Below, piece after piece: positions 11,833-24,206 of a DNA stretch of 64,000 bases; the first letter of the stretch is position 1, and every line of letters begins with the position of its first letter. The notes under the pieces are model-generated. The model was given only the letters and a program-made list of their open reading frames with translations. It ran no database searches and had not been told where the DNA came from. The position numbers were made by a program, and so were the translations under genes. Source of the DNA: Dicyema japonicum (lineage: Eukaryota > Animalia > Dicyemida); the NCBI GenBank assembly GCA_011109175.1, contig RDEW01000095.1, positions 40,046-104,045 on the forward strand, written 5' to 3'.

Positions 11833-14044
11833 ATGCTGTTGCTAATATTAACAGCAATCACTGTGATATACATTGCCTGGACTCTACTTTCAAAGAAAAC
11901 TCAGTTTGTCATGTAGTAAATGATTTCTAAGTAATGAGCATGTGAAAACCCCTACGAATTCATTCATTGACGAAATGGTCAACAGAGTTTGTTGCTTTTT
12001 ATTACGGTAGAATAAGGATACGGCTATAATATTCGGATCTGAGTCAGGCACAAGCGAATATTTTTCTCACAGCATTAAAACGGCATTACAGAGAATTGGG
12101 AGGAGCGCAGTCGTGATTGACCCTTCGCAGTGGGATATTGTTGTTGCGGATATTTATTATCAGGAATGCCTGTTGGAATTCGCAAAAATTGAAAATTTCC
12201 TTGCAATCTTCATTGTGGCTACTTACGGAGAAGGAGATCCTACATCCAACGCTCAATCTTTACATGAATTCCTCAACGAGGACGGAGATGATCTCGAATC
12301 GATGAAATATGCAGTTTCATCGCTCAGTTAACATCAAAGGTATTCGGCTGCGGGAATTCGTCCTACACATACTATAATGAAATGGGAAAATTCGTGCATA
12401 GAAGACTCGAGTTACGCGGAGCTACTCCAATATTTGATTTAAAATTGGGGGACAGCAACGATAAGTATATTTGATTAAAACTCTACAAGTATAGAAGAAG
12501 ACTTTATAGAGTGGAAATCATCACTACTGTCGAGGATATTTGATTTGTTCGATCTCCACAACGTTGACATTGAAATGTTCCATTATTGACATTATTCAAG
12601 AAAGAGAAACTACACGTTGATTGAGCACGTGAGTGGAGAGTACTACAGGGGACAGATTTCGACCAACACTGAAATGGGGTTGAATTTCTTTTTACGGCAG
12701 AATATTTGACATTAATAATCCTTTTATGGGAAAGATGGTCAGTGTCAGCAGATTAGGCAAAGATGGAGCACGTGTATTTTACAGAGCAGAATTTGATTTG
12801 ACGGGTTCCGGACTGAGGTTGCGTGTCTGTAAATGAAAGATATTCTGCTGGTGACCATATAGGGATATATCCAAGAAATAGCCCAGTCATTGTCGATAGA
12901 ATCGGGGATCTGCTTGGCACAGACCTTGATTTGATATTTAGTCTGGAGAGTGCTGATGGTTTTGTGTGTCTGTGATTTCTCAGAGGATTCTAAGAGTAAA
13001 CATCCGTTTCCTTGTCCAACAACCTACAGGATTGCTTTACTGCACTACTTGGATGTGTGCACTCCTCTGCGAAGAGATATTCTACAATTTCTATTACCTT
13101 ATGTTTCTGAGTCGAGGGACAAGCAGTTTTTTACTTCACTCGTTGAGAATACTACTAATGAATCCAACAAAGTTGTACTTCCTCTGAATTGTAGGGTGTA
13201 TATGATGAATGGGTTGTTTCTGCACGACGAAGTATTCTTGATTTTCTTGAGGAAATCCCATCTTTGAGACCGCCCTTAGATCTTGTTTGTGAGGTGCTCC
13301 CTCGTCTCCGACCTAGAATGTATTCCATTTCGTCATGTCCTCGAGTTATCATCGGATTTTGATTTTTTAGACTTCTCCCACTGTGGTTTCAATCACAGCC
13401 GTTATGGTGGACTATATTGCTCTATCTGGGAGACAAGTTAAGGGAGTTGCCACGTCATTTATGTGGGATTGTGGGGAGAAGGACGTTCCTTTATTCATTC
13501 GGAGGTCAACCTTTAAACTACCTAGCCGACCGTCTCTGCCAATAATAATGGTTGGTCCCGGGACTGGAATAGCTCCATTTATGGGATTCCTCCGTGAAAG
13601 ACAAGCTAGGAGACTAAATAACGGTTATTTTTGTATATATTTTGCAGGTAGGATTGCTAAATCAATCTTATTTTATGGCTGTCGATACAAAAATGAAGAT
13701 TACCTGTATGAAGATGAGTTGGATGATATGGTCAAGGATGGAACACTCACAGAACTACACGTGGCATTTTCGAGAGATCAAGTAAACAAGATATATGTAC
13801 AACATTTAATTTGGGAAAACAGAGATACATTATGGGGACTGATTAATGGGGAAAAGGGACATTTGTATATATGCGGGTATATCGGCTGAGTTATGTTAGG
13901 GATGCCAAACACATGGCACGAGATGTGAATGACACATTTGTTCGTATTGTTTCACATTGTGGGGAAATGCCCGAGGAAGAGGCCAAACAGTATATAATGC
14001 GACTGAGGCAGTCCAGGCGGTATTTATGTGATGTTTGGAGTTAG
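11833..14044 (+). CDS. POR: NADPH-cytochrome P450 reductase; 13 micro-introns
   Basis: N-terminal TM anchor; FGSESGTSE; ATYGEGDPTSNA; FGCGNSSY; GDHIGIYP; HPFPCPTTY; RPRMYSISS; MVGPGTGIAPF; FYGCR; YICGDAKHMA; C-terminal DVWS. Confidence 0.95.
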
Positions 14045-14142
14045 TTTGATTATTTGAATTTTAATTTTTGACTAATAAAGTTTTTTGATTATATTTTTTT
14101 AATTGTTATTTAAATTTTTTTAACTATAATTGTTTGAAAGCA

Positions 14143-15153
14143 ATGTGGACATTTACATCATTGAGAAATTTATCCAAAATTGTGGCTAACTACAGATATG
14201 ACAAGGATGATATTGCAAAATCGGACGAGCTGATGGCGAATCTAACAGAAGAGGAGCAAGAACTATATGAGCAACTAAAATTAGAATTTGAGATCAAACA
14301 GGCCTACGGTTCTAGTTTAGACTAATTCTTAGGTGACTGGTCTCTTCAATTAGATAGTCGTCATTGGATCACTTTATTGGCTTCCAACAGCATTTCTTTA
14401 CGGAACAAATTGTAAATTTATTAAAGCACACCAACAGGCTAGCAAGTTGGCTCAAAAAGGACAAGAAACAACGGGAAACAAACGATATCCCGGAACAAGT
14501 ACTCCCACCTGTCAAAGAAGAGATATCTCTGATTGATTTCACCCCTCGAATAATTAGAAAACTTTCTTCCGCCGATTTGAAGCGGTACCCCCATCTTTCT
14601 AACAATAAAGCATACAGAGGACTCGTTACATATCCAGCATGTGCTTCTCGCCTACTGTCTGCATTGACTTGTTCTACGAAGATAGGTTCAACAAATTGAA
14701 TTGGCTAGCCTACGATATTATAGAAATCCTTAACTATCAAATAAGAAATCTCAGGGTCCCTTTAAATACACGTGTTTGTCATGTCAAGTCGTCATTTAAC
14801 TCTATTTTAGCCCGGATGGAAACTTTAAGCGCATTTTCAGCCAAGAATATTCAAATCTGTTGGAAAGTACCGCTTTGGAGTTGAGAACTGAGTGTCCTAG
14901 TAAACTTTACTCAAAGTCCAAACTGTGTTATATCACTCCATATGCGAATAATGAATTAAAAGAGTTTGACTCTGACAAGGTTTACATATTCCCCGCTGTG
15001 AGTGATAAGAATCCACTAAAGAATCTCGTTCTTAACAGAGCAAAATCCATTAACGTGAAAATGTACAGATTATCTCCAAAGAAGGAACAATTCATTGGTC
15101 TGACAAAATCAATGCAATTGCTGGTTAATTTATTTAAAACAAAATTTTATTGA
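14143..15153 (+). CDS. TRMT10C: TRM10-family protein, TRMT10C/MRPP1-like (mitochondrial RNase P subunit), divergent; 4 introns
   Basis: N-terminal LEFEIKQAYG..HWITLL..SISLRNK resembles invertebrate MRPP1. C-terminal TRM10 motifs LCYITPYA.NEL.EFDSDKVYI...DKN....L.RAK. Confidence 0.7.
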
Positions 15154-15235
15154 TCTAATAATTTTTGTAATTTATTGTTAAAAATTTTGAATTAATACGA
15201 ATAAACTTAAACCTATAATATTTCCTGATAATTCA

Positions 15236-16755
15236 ATGATTTCTAAAAATTGTGAAATTGTAGCAAGAAAGTCCTTTGTTGCGCCTTCTAAGAAATTCCT
15301 CAGCTTTCAGACCTTCGAACCACTCACAGTTGTTGAAAATCCAAAGGCATTTCTTATTATTTAAACCTGATAGGATTCCAATTGGGTGATGGCTGTCAAC
15401 AGTCAGGGAACTACAGGATTGGTTCCCCTTAGTTATATGAGAGTTCGAGGAGAGGTTGTCACAAACATTGAATCGTATTGAACTAATATTTTATAAATTA
15501 GCTGCTATCACGGAAAACTAAGTCACTCCGAAGTGGACTCCATCCTTCTTTCAAAGAGAAATTTGGGCGCTTATCTTCTGAGAGATTCGTCCTCTCATAG
15601 TGCAACCTATGTTCTCTCTATACTCGGACCAAATGATAAAATTACCCACTTTTACGTCTACAAGCTGGATTCAAAGTACTCGTTAGACAAAAAGCGTAAG
15701 TTTGACAGCATTGGAGAACTCCTACAAGTACCTCTATTTAGTATTTCCTAGCACTATGAAAATGATGACTCATTGGGGTATTTATTAAAATACCCGATCA
15801 CTCCAGAAAACAGGGATAGTGTGATTGACAGAGTGGCATTTGAGTCAAAAGGATGGTACATTAAGCCTTCCGACTTGGTGATCATTAAAAAAATCGGTTC
15901 TGGGGAATTTGGGGGTTGATCAAATTTTACTAGTAGAGATGTCTTTAGTGGAAATTATCTTGACAAAAAAGTGGCTATAAAACAGCTGAAGGATAACAGT
16001 GGAATCAATGCCTTCCTTAAAGAGGCTTTGGTGATGACGTAATAGTTTATTTTACCATGGCAGATCTATCAGCAATTCGAACGTCGTTCGTCTATATGGA
16101 ATATCGATTGGTAGACAAGTCTCTATTGTTACGGAATTTCTCGACAGAGGAAGTCTCTTGAACTATCTTAGATCTCACGGATTTTCTGATATTTCTGAAG
16201 CTCAGCAAATTCAATTTTCGCTGTAAACTTTGTCAAAAATTGTAAGAGATATCGCTAATGGGATGGCATACTTGGAGAAGATGTCCATCATTCACAGAGA
16301 CTTGGCAGCCCGTAATATTTTATTGAGCAATAATATTTGCGCCAAAGTATAATGGGGGTACTTATTTACAGGTTGGAGATCTGGGAATGGCAGTTTTGAC
16401 TTCCAATTCAAAGGATCGTGTTAAGATTCCAATTCGGTGGGCCGCTCCTGAGAGTATTTTTGATCGAGTAATATTGGATTCTTAAAAATTTTAGGTTTAT
16501 ACGACAAAATCAGATGTGTGGAGCTATGGAGTTGTGTTGTGGGAGATTTATTCATTTGGACAAACTCCATATTCTAAATTCACAGTCGAGGAGATCAGAA
16601 GTGCGGTAAAAAACGGTAGAATTCTTGATCGGACTGATAAATGTCCTGATTTTATGTACGAGTTAATGAAGAAATGTTGGAATTGTAAACCTGAAAGTAG
16701 GCCGTCTTTTGAAAGTATTGTCAATAAGCTTAATCAAATTAACTGCCATAAATAA
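15236..16755 (+). CDS. CSK: C-terminal Src kinase (SH3-SH2-tyrosine kinase)
   Basis: SH3 (K|DSNW...GLVPLSY), SH2 (YHGKL...GAYLLRDS), and kinase motifs [42 protein letters not shown] and KSDVWSYG. No Src-type myristoylation site or C-terminal Tyr tail. Confidence 0.88.
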
Positions 16756-16784
16756 CATTCTAATGCTGTTATTTATTTACCCCC

Positions 16785-17200
16785 CGGTCCCTTCATGTAA
16801 AGGAAACTTGTGGGTAACAAGGTGCAACTAGCATAGACTGACGTTCCCAGAAATCCGAAAGGTCGATCTCATGCGTAGAAGGAACATTAGGTAGGTCAAG
16901 AAACGAGAAAATATGACATGTCCCATGGTCAACAAGTGAACATGAAGGGCAAAGCGACGACTTTGCCTCCCCGGTCTTGTATAAATAGGCATTGAGGCCA
17001 TGTGGTGATCGCATAGGAGGTGTTCCAGGTTTACCCACATGGCGGATGCGGAGTAACTCTGCTTGGAATTGAAACGACTTACTCAGACCGTAGAAACTGC
17101 AGTCCTTACAGTTGTGAGAACCACCCAGCAGAGTGGGGAGAGCAAAAGATCTTTTTTATGTCACCCTAGCACTAGAACTTGCCTAAGAGACCGCTCTAGC
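16785..17200 (-). mobile_element. I/Jockey-like LINE 3' remnant
   Basis: Remnant of LRCDHH..LNAYLY...CPSC...H..CHIF...DFWER motif. Similar to 31540-31995 and 41005-41750. Confidence 0.6.
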
Positions 17201-17283
17201 GTTAGCATCAAGCTTTTAGGATATCAAAAAAGGCGATTAACTCTCTCTTTTTTCCCATAAGAAAAAAGTTGATTACGTAATAA

Positions 17284-17460
17284 GTAGGGTAACTTAAGTC
17301 AACAAAGTCAATTTAGAGTTAGACTTTAGTCTAAAAATAATGATTAATATAAAAAAATGTCAAAAAAATGTTTCTATAAAAAGTTTTTTAGGTCAATTAG
17401 GTCAACTTTTTAGATTTGTAGGTCAATTTTTTTAATTAGGTCAATTTTTAAATAAAAATT
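17284..17460. repeat. MITE-like end with repeated TAGGTCAA motifs
   Basis: Begins tagggt. At least four taggtcaa plus aagtcaa units, like subterminal repeats of DNA transposons. Confidence 0.45.
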
Positions 17461-18239
17461 TAAATAATATAATTAAATCATAATTTTAAGCATCAAAATA
17501 AATTTAAAATAATCGACGTGACATTCCTGTCTTATTGTAACAAATCTTTAACTAAACTATACAGTACATAGCCTAAAAATTAGCCTTCCGATTTTAAAAA
17601 AGCTAAAAATATTTTTGACAAATATCCCAAAAAGTTTTCAATTTCACCGAATGGAATGCATTTTTGTAAATTATGTGAGTTACCCGTAACTTGCAAGAAA
17701 CAATTTATTTGTAAACAAACACAGGGAAACACAGAAGCACTCTTCACGAATAAATATATCCACAAATAAAAAAATAATTGAATATCGTTCCAAATGATTT
17801 TTAAGAAATTTTTAACAGATGTAACGGAAGCATTTGTATCCGCAAACATTCCACTCTATAAATTGAGGAATCGAGCAATTATCAACTTATTCGAAAGTTT
17901 TGAACATCCACTTCCTTCAGAGTATCTGGTGGCGCATGTTGTGGACTCTACTTCACAATAATGAAAATACATAATTGACCAAGAATTTCAAAATACGACA
18001 TGAAATGACTATTAAGATTTGAACGGATACACTGTAGACATGGAACGTTGGAGATCAATAAAAAAGTTGAAATTTTTAATTAGAAAAATCAGAAATTTCA
18101 AAGACACTTATGTGGAAAACTATGTGATTATGAGCTAAAATATTACTTAATTGTGAATAACTCGATAAACGATGAATAAAATTACATTAATTTTCATAAT
18201 CGTAGTTTATATATGAAAAAGTTGTAACTAGTATTTTTA

Positions 18240-18480
18240 GTTCACAACCTCGTTGATGGCTGCATGCCCAGGGAACCGGCTTCTGCCGAGACGGCAAGAG
18301 AGCGGGTGAAGTCCTTTGCAGTCTACAACAGATCCACAACGGCATGGATAAGGCTGGCACAGGTCGATCCCGAGACAAATAGATATCCCATTCCGGAGGG
18401 CGTCCTATTCCAGAAGGGAACCAATTGACGATTATGGGAACGTGTTCACCCAAGCTCCGATGTGAGGAGAAGAGACTGCA
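18240..18480 (-). mobile_element. CRE-like fragment (CCHC region)
   Basis: Minus frame CQPYPCRCGSVVDCKGLHPLSCRLGRSRFPGHAAINEVV. Confidence 0.8.
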
Positions 18481-18588
18481 ATTAACTCTTATTTTAATTT
18501 TTTCGATTAAAATATCAAAAAAGCTGATTAAATAATATTTTTTATTTTTTAAAATTATTACCTGAAATGTGAATTGTAATGAACTGAG

Positions 18589-19675
18589 TTAGTTATTCTT
18601 AATGCATAGTTGATTAACCCTCACAACCCCTTCATCTGATGCTGTTACCAATAAGTTTCCGAATAGATTAATTCCAACTATAGGCTTTTTGTGTTTTATC
18701 TTCAATTGGGGAGTTTCATCATTTTGATCAAACATACAAACCAATCCATCTCCTCCTGAAGTCAGTACTCCCATTAAATATGTCATCATACCTGAATTAT
18801 GTTTTACTATCATCTTACGAATGGAGTGACTGTGCCCCCGTAATGTTCTAATCTCGCCATCCATCCCCCACACTTTTACAGTTCCATCCATGCTTCCACT
18901 AAATAGCAGCATTTTTGTCCTCTAAAACATTTAAAAATATGACAGTTCACCACAAGACATGTGACAGGGCAAGTATGTCCACTAAAGGTAAAGAGACAGT
19001 CCCCCGTTGTGAGCTTCCAGCATATTATAGTTGAATCCACTGATCCAGTAAAGAGATTCTCACACAGATGATCAACAACCACGCTCGTCAGAGCTGCAGA
19101 ATGTCTTTCCAAAGATAACAACATCTCCCTGTCATTACAGAATATATTTTGGCAGTTGAATCGCTCGAAGCAGTCACCAACACGTCGCAGGGACCTTCCC
19201 ACTCCCAAACATGGGGTACTTCATTTTGTCTCAGTGGAATATACAGCATATTGAGGATACTTCCATAATGTTCATCGTAAGTCATCAATTGCTCTGAATT
19301 GAACCAACATTTGACTGATCCATCATATGACGACGTAAAGATGATGTCCCCACATATTATAATTCCGCTGATTTGTGCTGTGTGAGCTTGCAATAAGAGA
19401 TGACTTTCAAATTCTTCCCCCTTGTACAAACCGATCGTCCCATCTGATGACCCACTGACCGTAATATCATCACAACATTCTATGCATGTTATCCGAGCTT
19501 CACACGTGGCTGTAATGTCGAATGTGTGAGTCAACGTGATGTCATTCTGCGTGATAATTTTCCAACATGACAACATCCCTTTTTCTGTGCCGAAAATAGC
19601 AATCTCATGCTTCTCGGAAAATCCCACCGATGAAATACACAGTTGTGTTTGGAATTCCCTTTCGTTTGTGGACAT
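18589..19675 (-). CDS. WD40-repeat protein (one apparent 1-nt deficit at about 19128)
   Basis: Multiple WD repeats: VSGSSDGTIGLY, FTSSYDGSVKCW, VTASSDSTAKIY, FTGSVDSTIICW, FSGSMDGTVKVW, GHSHSIR. Confidence 0.85.
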
Positions 19676-20408
19676 TGGTTAAATAATTTATTTTCCTATT
19701 TATAACATTGCCCCTTTCACTTTACGAGGCGTTTATCGACGATTTCGGATTACTTAATTGATTCTCGGATCTGACTCGCTAACCTACTCACGCACCATCG
19801 GATCGTTGATATCGAAAATGAGAAGGGGGACTTGAGAAGATGAATGGCTGATTGTGAAAATTCCCACAAGAATCGTAGTGCTATCAATCATGATAGCTGC
19901 TACCTGAGTCACAATTGCAACTTTCATAGTAAGAGGACACGCTACGAACACTAATAGGAGACCTTATACATAGATGAACTGCGGAGACGTGGGGGAGTGA
20001 GAAACTGGGAGAACGGATAGTGAAGAGCACCGAACAAGCTGAACCCTAAGTATTCATGTACCCATGGGTAAAGCGGGAGTGCATTTAACTAACTACTTAT
20101 TAATTCCTTTAATTCCAAGTTCCTCAAATTTTGTGCCTGATGAGATTCAAACCCAGAGCATTGTGTATCTGACGCTTCCTCTCGTTGTTTTTCCTGAAAC
20201 ACCGAAACTCGACGTGAAAATGGCGGATCTCTAGGAGAGATCAGTCTTGGCAGCGATCTATCTAATGGTCTGCGGCCTTTTACATGTTGGCGAAGTTGGG
20301 GTTAACACTTTGATTTAAATGACATTCTAATAAGAGATGGAAGTTTTTTTCAGAAATAACGATGTTAGTTTTTGGAATTTTATATTTATAGTTTTGACAA
20401 CGTCGTTT

Positions 20409-21246
20409 TCAAGCAAAACTTTTTTTTTTATTTTTACCATTGACGTTTTCATTTTGAATGTTCATATCAGAATGATGTCTGCTAGGACGAACATTACCTG
20501 CAAAATTATAATTTTTTTAAATACAAGTGTGGGGGTTGACAGTACGGGAATTGTAAGAATCCATTATAAACTGATTTTCAAATTCGATCTGTCTAATTTT
20601 ATCTTTGATTAAATCAATTTCCGAATTACAATGAACTAGAATGTGCCTTAAGACTATATTTACGCTTTGATCCATACGAGGGGGTTTCTCGGTATTTTAG
20701 TTCCTTTTCCAGCAAAATCGCCTCAGCTTCCATCTGACTTAGCTCGCTTAAAACGGCTGGGTCGGAATTGCCGCTTTGTAGATAATATTGCCTCAGCATT
20801 CTAAAATATAGAATTTCACTACATTATTTCTTGAACGATTGAATTACTCTCAGGAAATGGAAAATATTGCACATTCTGTAATTTTCTGGTACTAAATGAG
20901 TAAACTTCCTTTTACATATTTTCTGAATCTTCTTTTAGCTGCATTTTCAAAGACTTGATTAATTCGCGATTAGTGATGTCGTCATCAATCAATTTTTTTC
21001 TCAATATTGAGTAATCGTCAAGTGAAGTCATCTTGTTGAGGGATTTTTTGTAATATTTTAAGAAGTTTATATCTGAAAGGATATCTAGGAATTTAGCTGA
21101 GGTTTACCAACCCATATCCTTTTTTCTCAAATTTTTCATTTCCTGCCTTAAAGAGCTCATTTTTTCCGCGTGCTGGGATGCCAAGGATTCCATATTAGAT
21201 TTCTAGTATTCATAATTTTGGTTACAGAATAAAAATTTTTATTCAT
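20409..21246 (-). CDS. Coiled-coil protein, CCDC17-like (N-terminal part); about 6 micro-introns; not in the ORF track
   Basis: Exons joined by 22-28 nt GT-AG introns. Contains LRQYYLQSGNSDPAVLSELSQMEAEAILLE, which resembles CCDC17 [30 protein letters not shown]. The ends are uncertain. Confidence 0.55.
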
Positions 21247-21539
21247 GAAGCACGAAAGCACTAGAAATCGTCACCAAGCCAATTATGACATTATTTCGAT
21301 TTTCATTATAAGCTTGATTTTATCAAAACCTGAAATACTCAAAAATTATAAAAATTCTCAAAAATAAAAATTATAAAAATTAATGAAATAATTGTTAATA
21401 AATTTTGAGAAATTTTTAAACATTTAAAAGATGATCAAAATCTAAAAGCCAGAGTGGTTTTAGGACAGGGAGATCAACGGCTGATGTAGTATGGTGCCAT
21501 AGATGGCAATGTGCTATTCAACAAAGATTCCGGAGCTCA

Positions 21540-22022
21540 AAGACTATCCTTTGGACGTGGGGAATTTCGAAAACGGACGAACAAAACCTTGACTCCTTTC
21601 ACAGAAGGCAACTTCGGTCTCTCTTGGGACTAAAGTGGCCAATGCGTGTAGGGAGTGAAAATTTATATAGAAGATACGGTTCCGGACCTCTGAGCACCAT
21701 GATCATGAAGGCTCGCTGGAGATTGTTTGGCCATATTCTCAGATTGGAACAAGACACGCCAGCAAACGTCGTCATGGAAGAATACTTCGATACGTCAGGG
21801 AGAAGTTCAGAGGTCGTCCAAGAATAACTCTTCCGGAAGTCCTTAATGGTGACCTGAGATCAGTAACCAGACAACTAAAGGACGGTGAAGACCTTAGTAG
21901 TCTGCGGCACTTGGCATCGGACAGGAGGGATGGGAAAGGCTAATTAAGAGGATTGTTCAGACGCGGCACGAATAGAATTATAGTTTATATGATTCTATGT
22001 AGTTGCTTATAATAATAATAAT
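21540..22022 (+). mobile_element. RTE-like LINE 3' remnant with (TAA)n tail
   Basis: Translates LDSFHRRQLRSLLGLKWPMRV..ENLYRR...RWRLFGHILRL...TLPEVLNGDL. Tail tataataataataat. Confidence 0.8.
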
Positions 22023-22554
22023 CAAAATCTAACCGTATGCTGTCATGTGATTTTTGTCTCTTTCGCTATGGAAAGTGCCGGAGCTCTCGGACATTCATCA
22101 TACACTTTTTCCAACGACAAATTAATCTTATTTTAGTCTCCTCAGAGGACCACTACCGACGCTGGTAGCTATGTGAGCTTATTTCCAGAGAGGGATTAGT
22201 CATGCAGTCGAGATTACTGTCCTCTAACTTTAATTTTTTGTTTGAGGATTAATGGAGTTTAACAAAAAAGGTTCCCCCTTCTTTTGTCTGTCAGATTTAT
22301 GCGCTATTTAGTAAACAAAATATCTGTCTAACCCATGTCCACTTATAAGACACTCTTCCCATTTGATTAAGCCTGGTTAAACTCAAAAGTCTCGTCCACC
22401 ATCCTATCAGACTGACAGCTTGTCATTTCGAATGTGACATACTTACGTCTTTGCCATGTGCGGATGGGAAAAAAGGAATGGAAAAGGTTTCATACAAATC
22501 AGAGTGGCAATAAATGTCTCGAATATTTTTGCTGATTCGAAAATTCAATATCAT

Positions 22555-23460
22555 TTTATTGACTTTACAACTTGCACTTTTGTGCATAAAACACATATTT
22601 TAATAATGTCTGGGGAATCACAACATTGATTTTTATAACTTAAACCAAGAAGAAATTAAGAATCAGCAACTAATTGAGCGTATCCAGTTACTATGCCCGT
22701 AGTCGTTGAGAGATAAGTCCTTCCAAATACACAATCCATCAAGAACCAAATAAAAGAGAAGAAATGTCCAACACAAAGTCACAACTAATTAATCCAAGGA
22801 AGGAACCCAAAGGAGAATGTGCCAACCAAATCCATCTTTAGTAGTCCATTACAGGCTTTCGTTTCTGAATAGAAGTAGAGAAGTAGTTCTGCCTTCTTCC
22901 ATTTTCATTACAAGTCCTACCGTCGCGGCCATCCCTTAATTCTTCAGCGAAGAGTTTTCATAGTGTAATCTTTCCAGTCGATTTGGTCAGGGAGAAGTCG
23001 CACAATTGTTAGTAAATTTGGTTTTAGTTTAGTTAGTTGAGACACACATATCATTAAAGTTAGATTGCATAAAATTGCATAAATTGTATTTTAAGATAAT
23101 TCTTATTATCAATCTATTGATTTTGAAACTTGCACTTTTCGACATGAAACATGTATTTTAATTATTGTGGTCTGTATAGTTAATTTGTATAACAACTTTA
23201 ACTTAGAGAGAGGTTATCAGTTTAGCAACTAATTAAGCCTATCCTGTCCCCATGATAGCAATCGAAGAGAGACATGTCCTTTTAAGCACACAAGTCCATC
23301 AAGAACCTGAGGAAATGGAAGAAAAAATTTAGTTTTTAGATGTCTAGAAGCACCTCCAATGAGTGATCCAGTAGTATGGTAGAACAAATAATCTTTTAGG
23401 CGTCATCTTATTACTGGTCGCCAACTGAGACAGGTGGATCAAATAGACATATTAAAAAGA
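22555..23460 (-). mobile_element. Two tandem SINE copies sharing a ~200-bp 3' extension
   Basis: 22555-22750 and 23110-23310 are diverged direct repeats (aacttgcacttt...agcaactaatt...tccatcaagaacc). Each is preceded on the minus strand by SINE core sequence. Confidence 0.65.
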
Positions 23461-24030
23461 TACGTCGTCAGGTGATTCCAGCCTCCTTTAGCATCCGCCT
23501 TATTCTTTCATGGGACACCGCTGGATTTCGGAGATGGCAATCGAGCTCCCGTTCCCCTCACAGATTCTCGAACGGAGATGGCATTAACCATGAGGGTCTC
23601 CGTGACTGTTCTTGACTGTTGCTTGAAAGACATTAATTTTCTTTAGGTTGCTATAGGACAGGTTTGTGTCCCATGCCGAACCACCATAGCTAATTGTCGG
23701 TTGAATATAAAAGTAGCTTAATGTTGAGTAGAAACAGTCTTTGTAGTATCCAAGAAGCGTTTTTACAAAATTTAGTTTTCGTTGGAAAGAAGAAATGACG
23801 TGACTGACATGCTTGTTGAAAGTCATAAAGGGGTCGCATGTTATCCTCAGTATTTTGATAGAGTTAGTAGAGGGGATTGACATTCCATTAAGGGTCAAAA
23901 AAGGTGCCAGTTTTTTAGTATTCTATTTGAAGTAAAAACTATTGTGCTAGACTTTTCAGGGTTTGTGTACTCATAAGCCAACTGCGCAGGTTGATCAGTA
24001 AATCTAAGCGGGTACCCGCTGTGTGAACAC
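23460..24030 (-). mobile_element. I/Jockey-like RT C-terminal remnant
   Basis: Translates LNGMSIP...IKIL.IT.D..MTFNKHV...KLN..K.L...YIQPTISYG..AW. Confidence 0.7.
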
Positions 24031-24206
24031 ACTGGTCTCTTGTTGCTACAATAATACAAAAATTAAACTATATTATCTAATTTTAATTCCATTAGATGTA
24101 GATTTAAAAATTTTAATTAATTAACTTAAATATTATTTATTTTTTGATTTTTCGCGGTTCGGCTTGATTGCCTTGTTAACTTTTAAATTTAATTTTTAGA
24201 AGGCAT

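Noticed and set aside
14045-15235. Operon with spliced-leader trans-splicing (AG just before the ATG in TRMT10C, GK and POLG)
   Set aside because: There is no AG in the whole gap before CSK, none close to the mitoferrin or PMPCB starts, and no SL RNA was seen.
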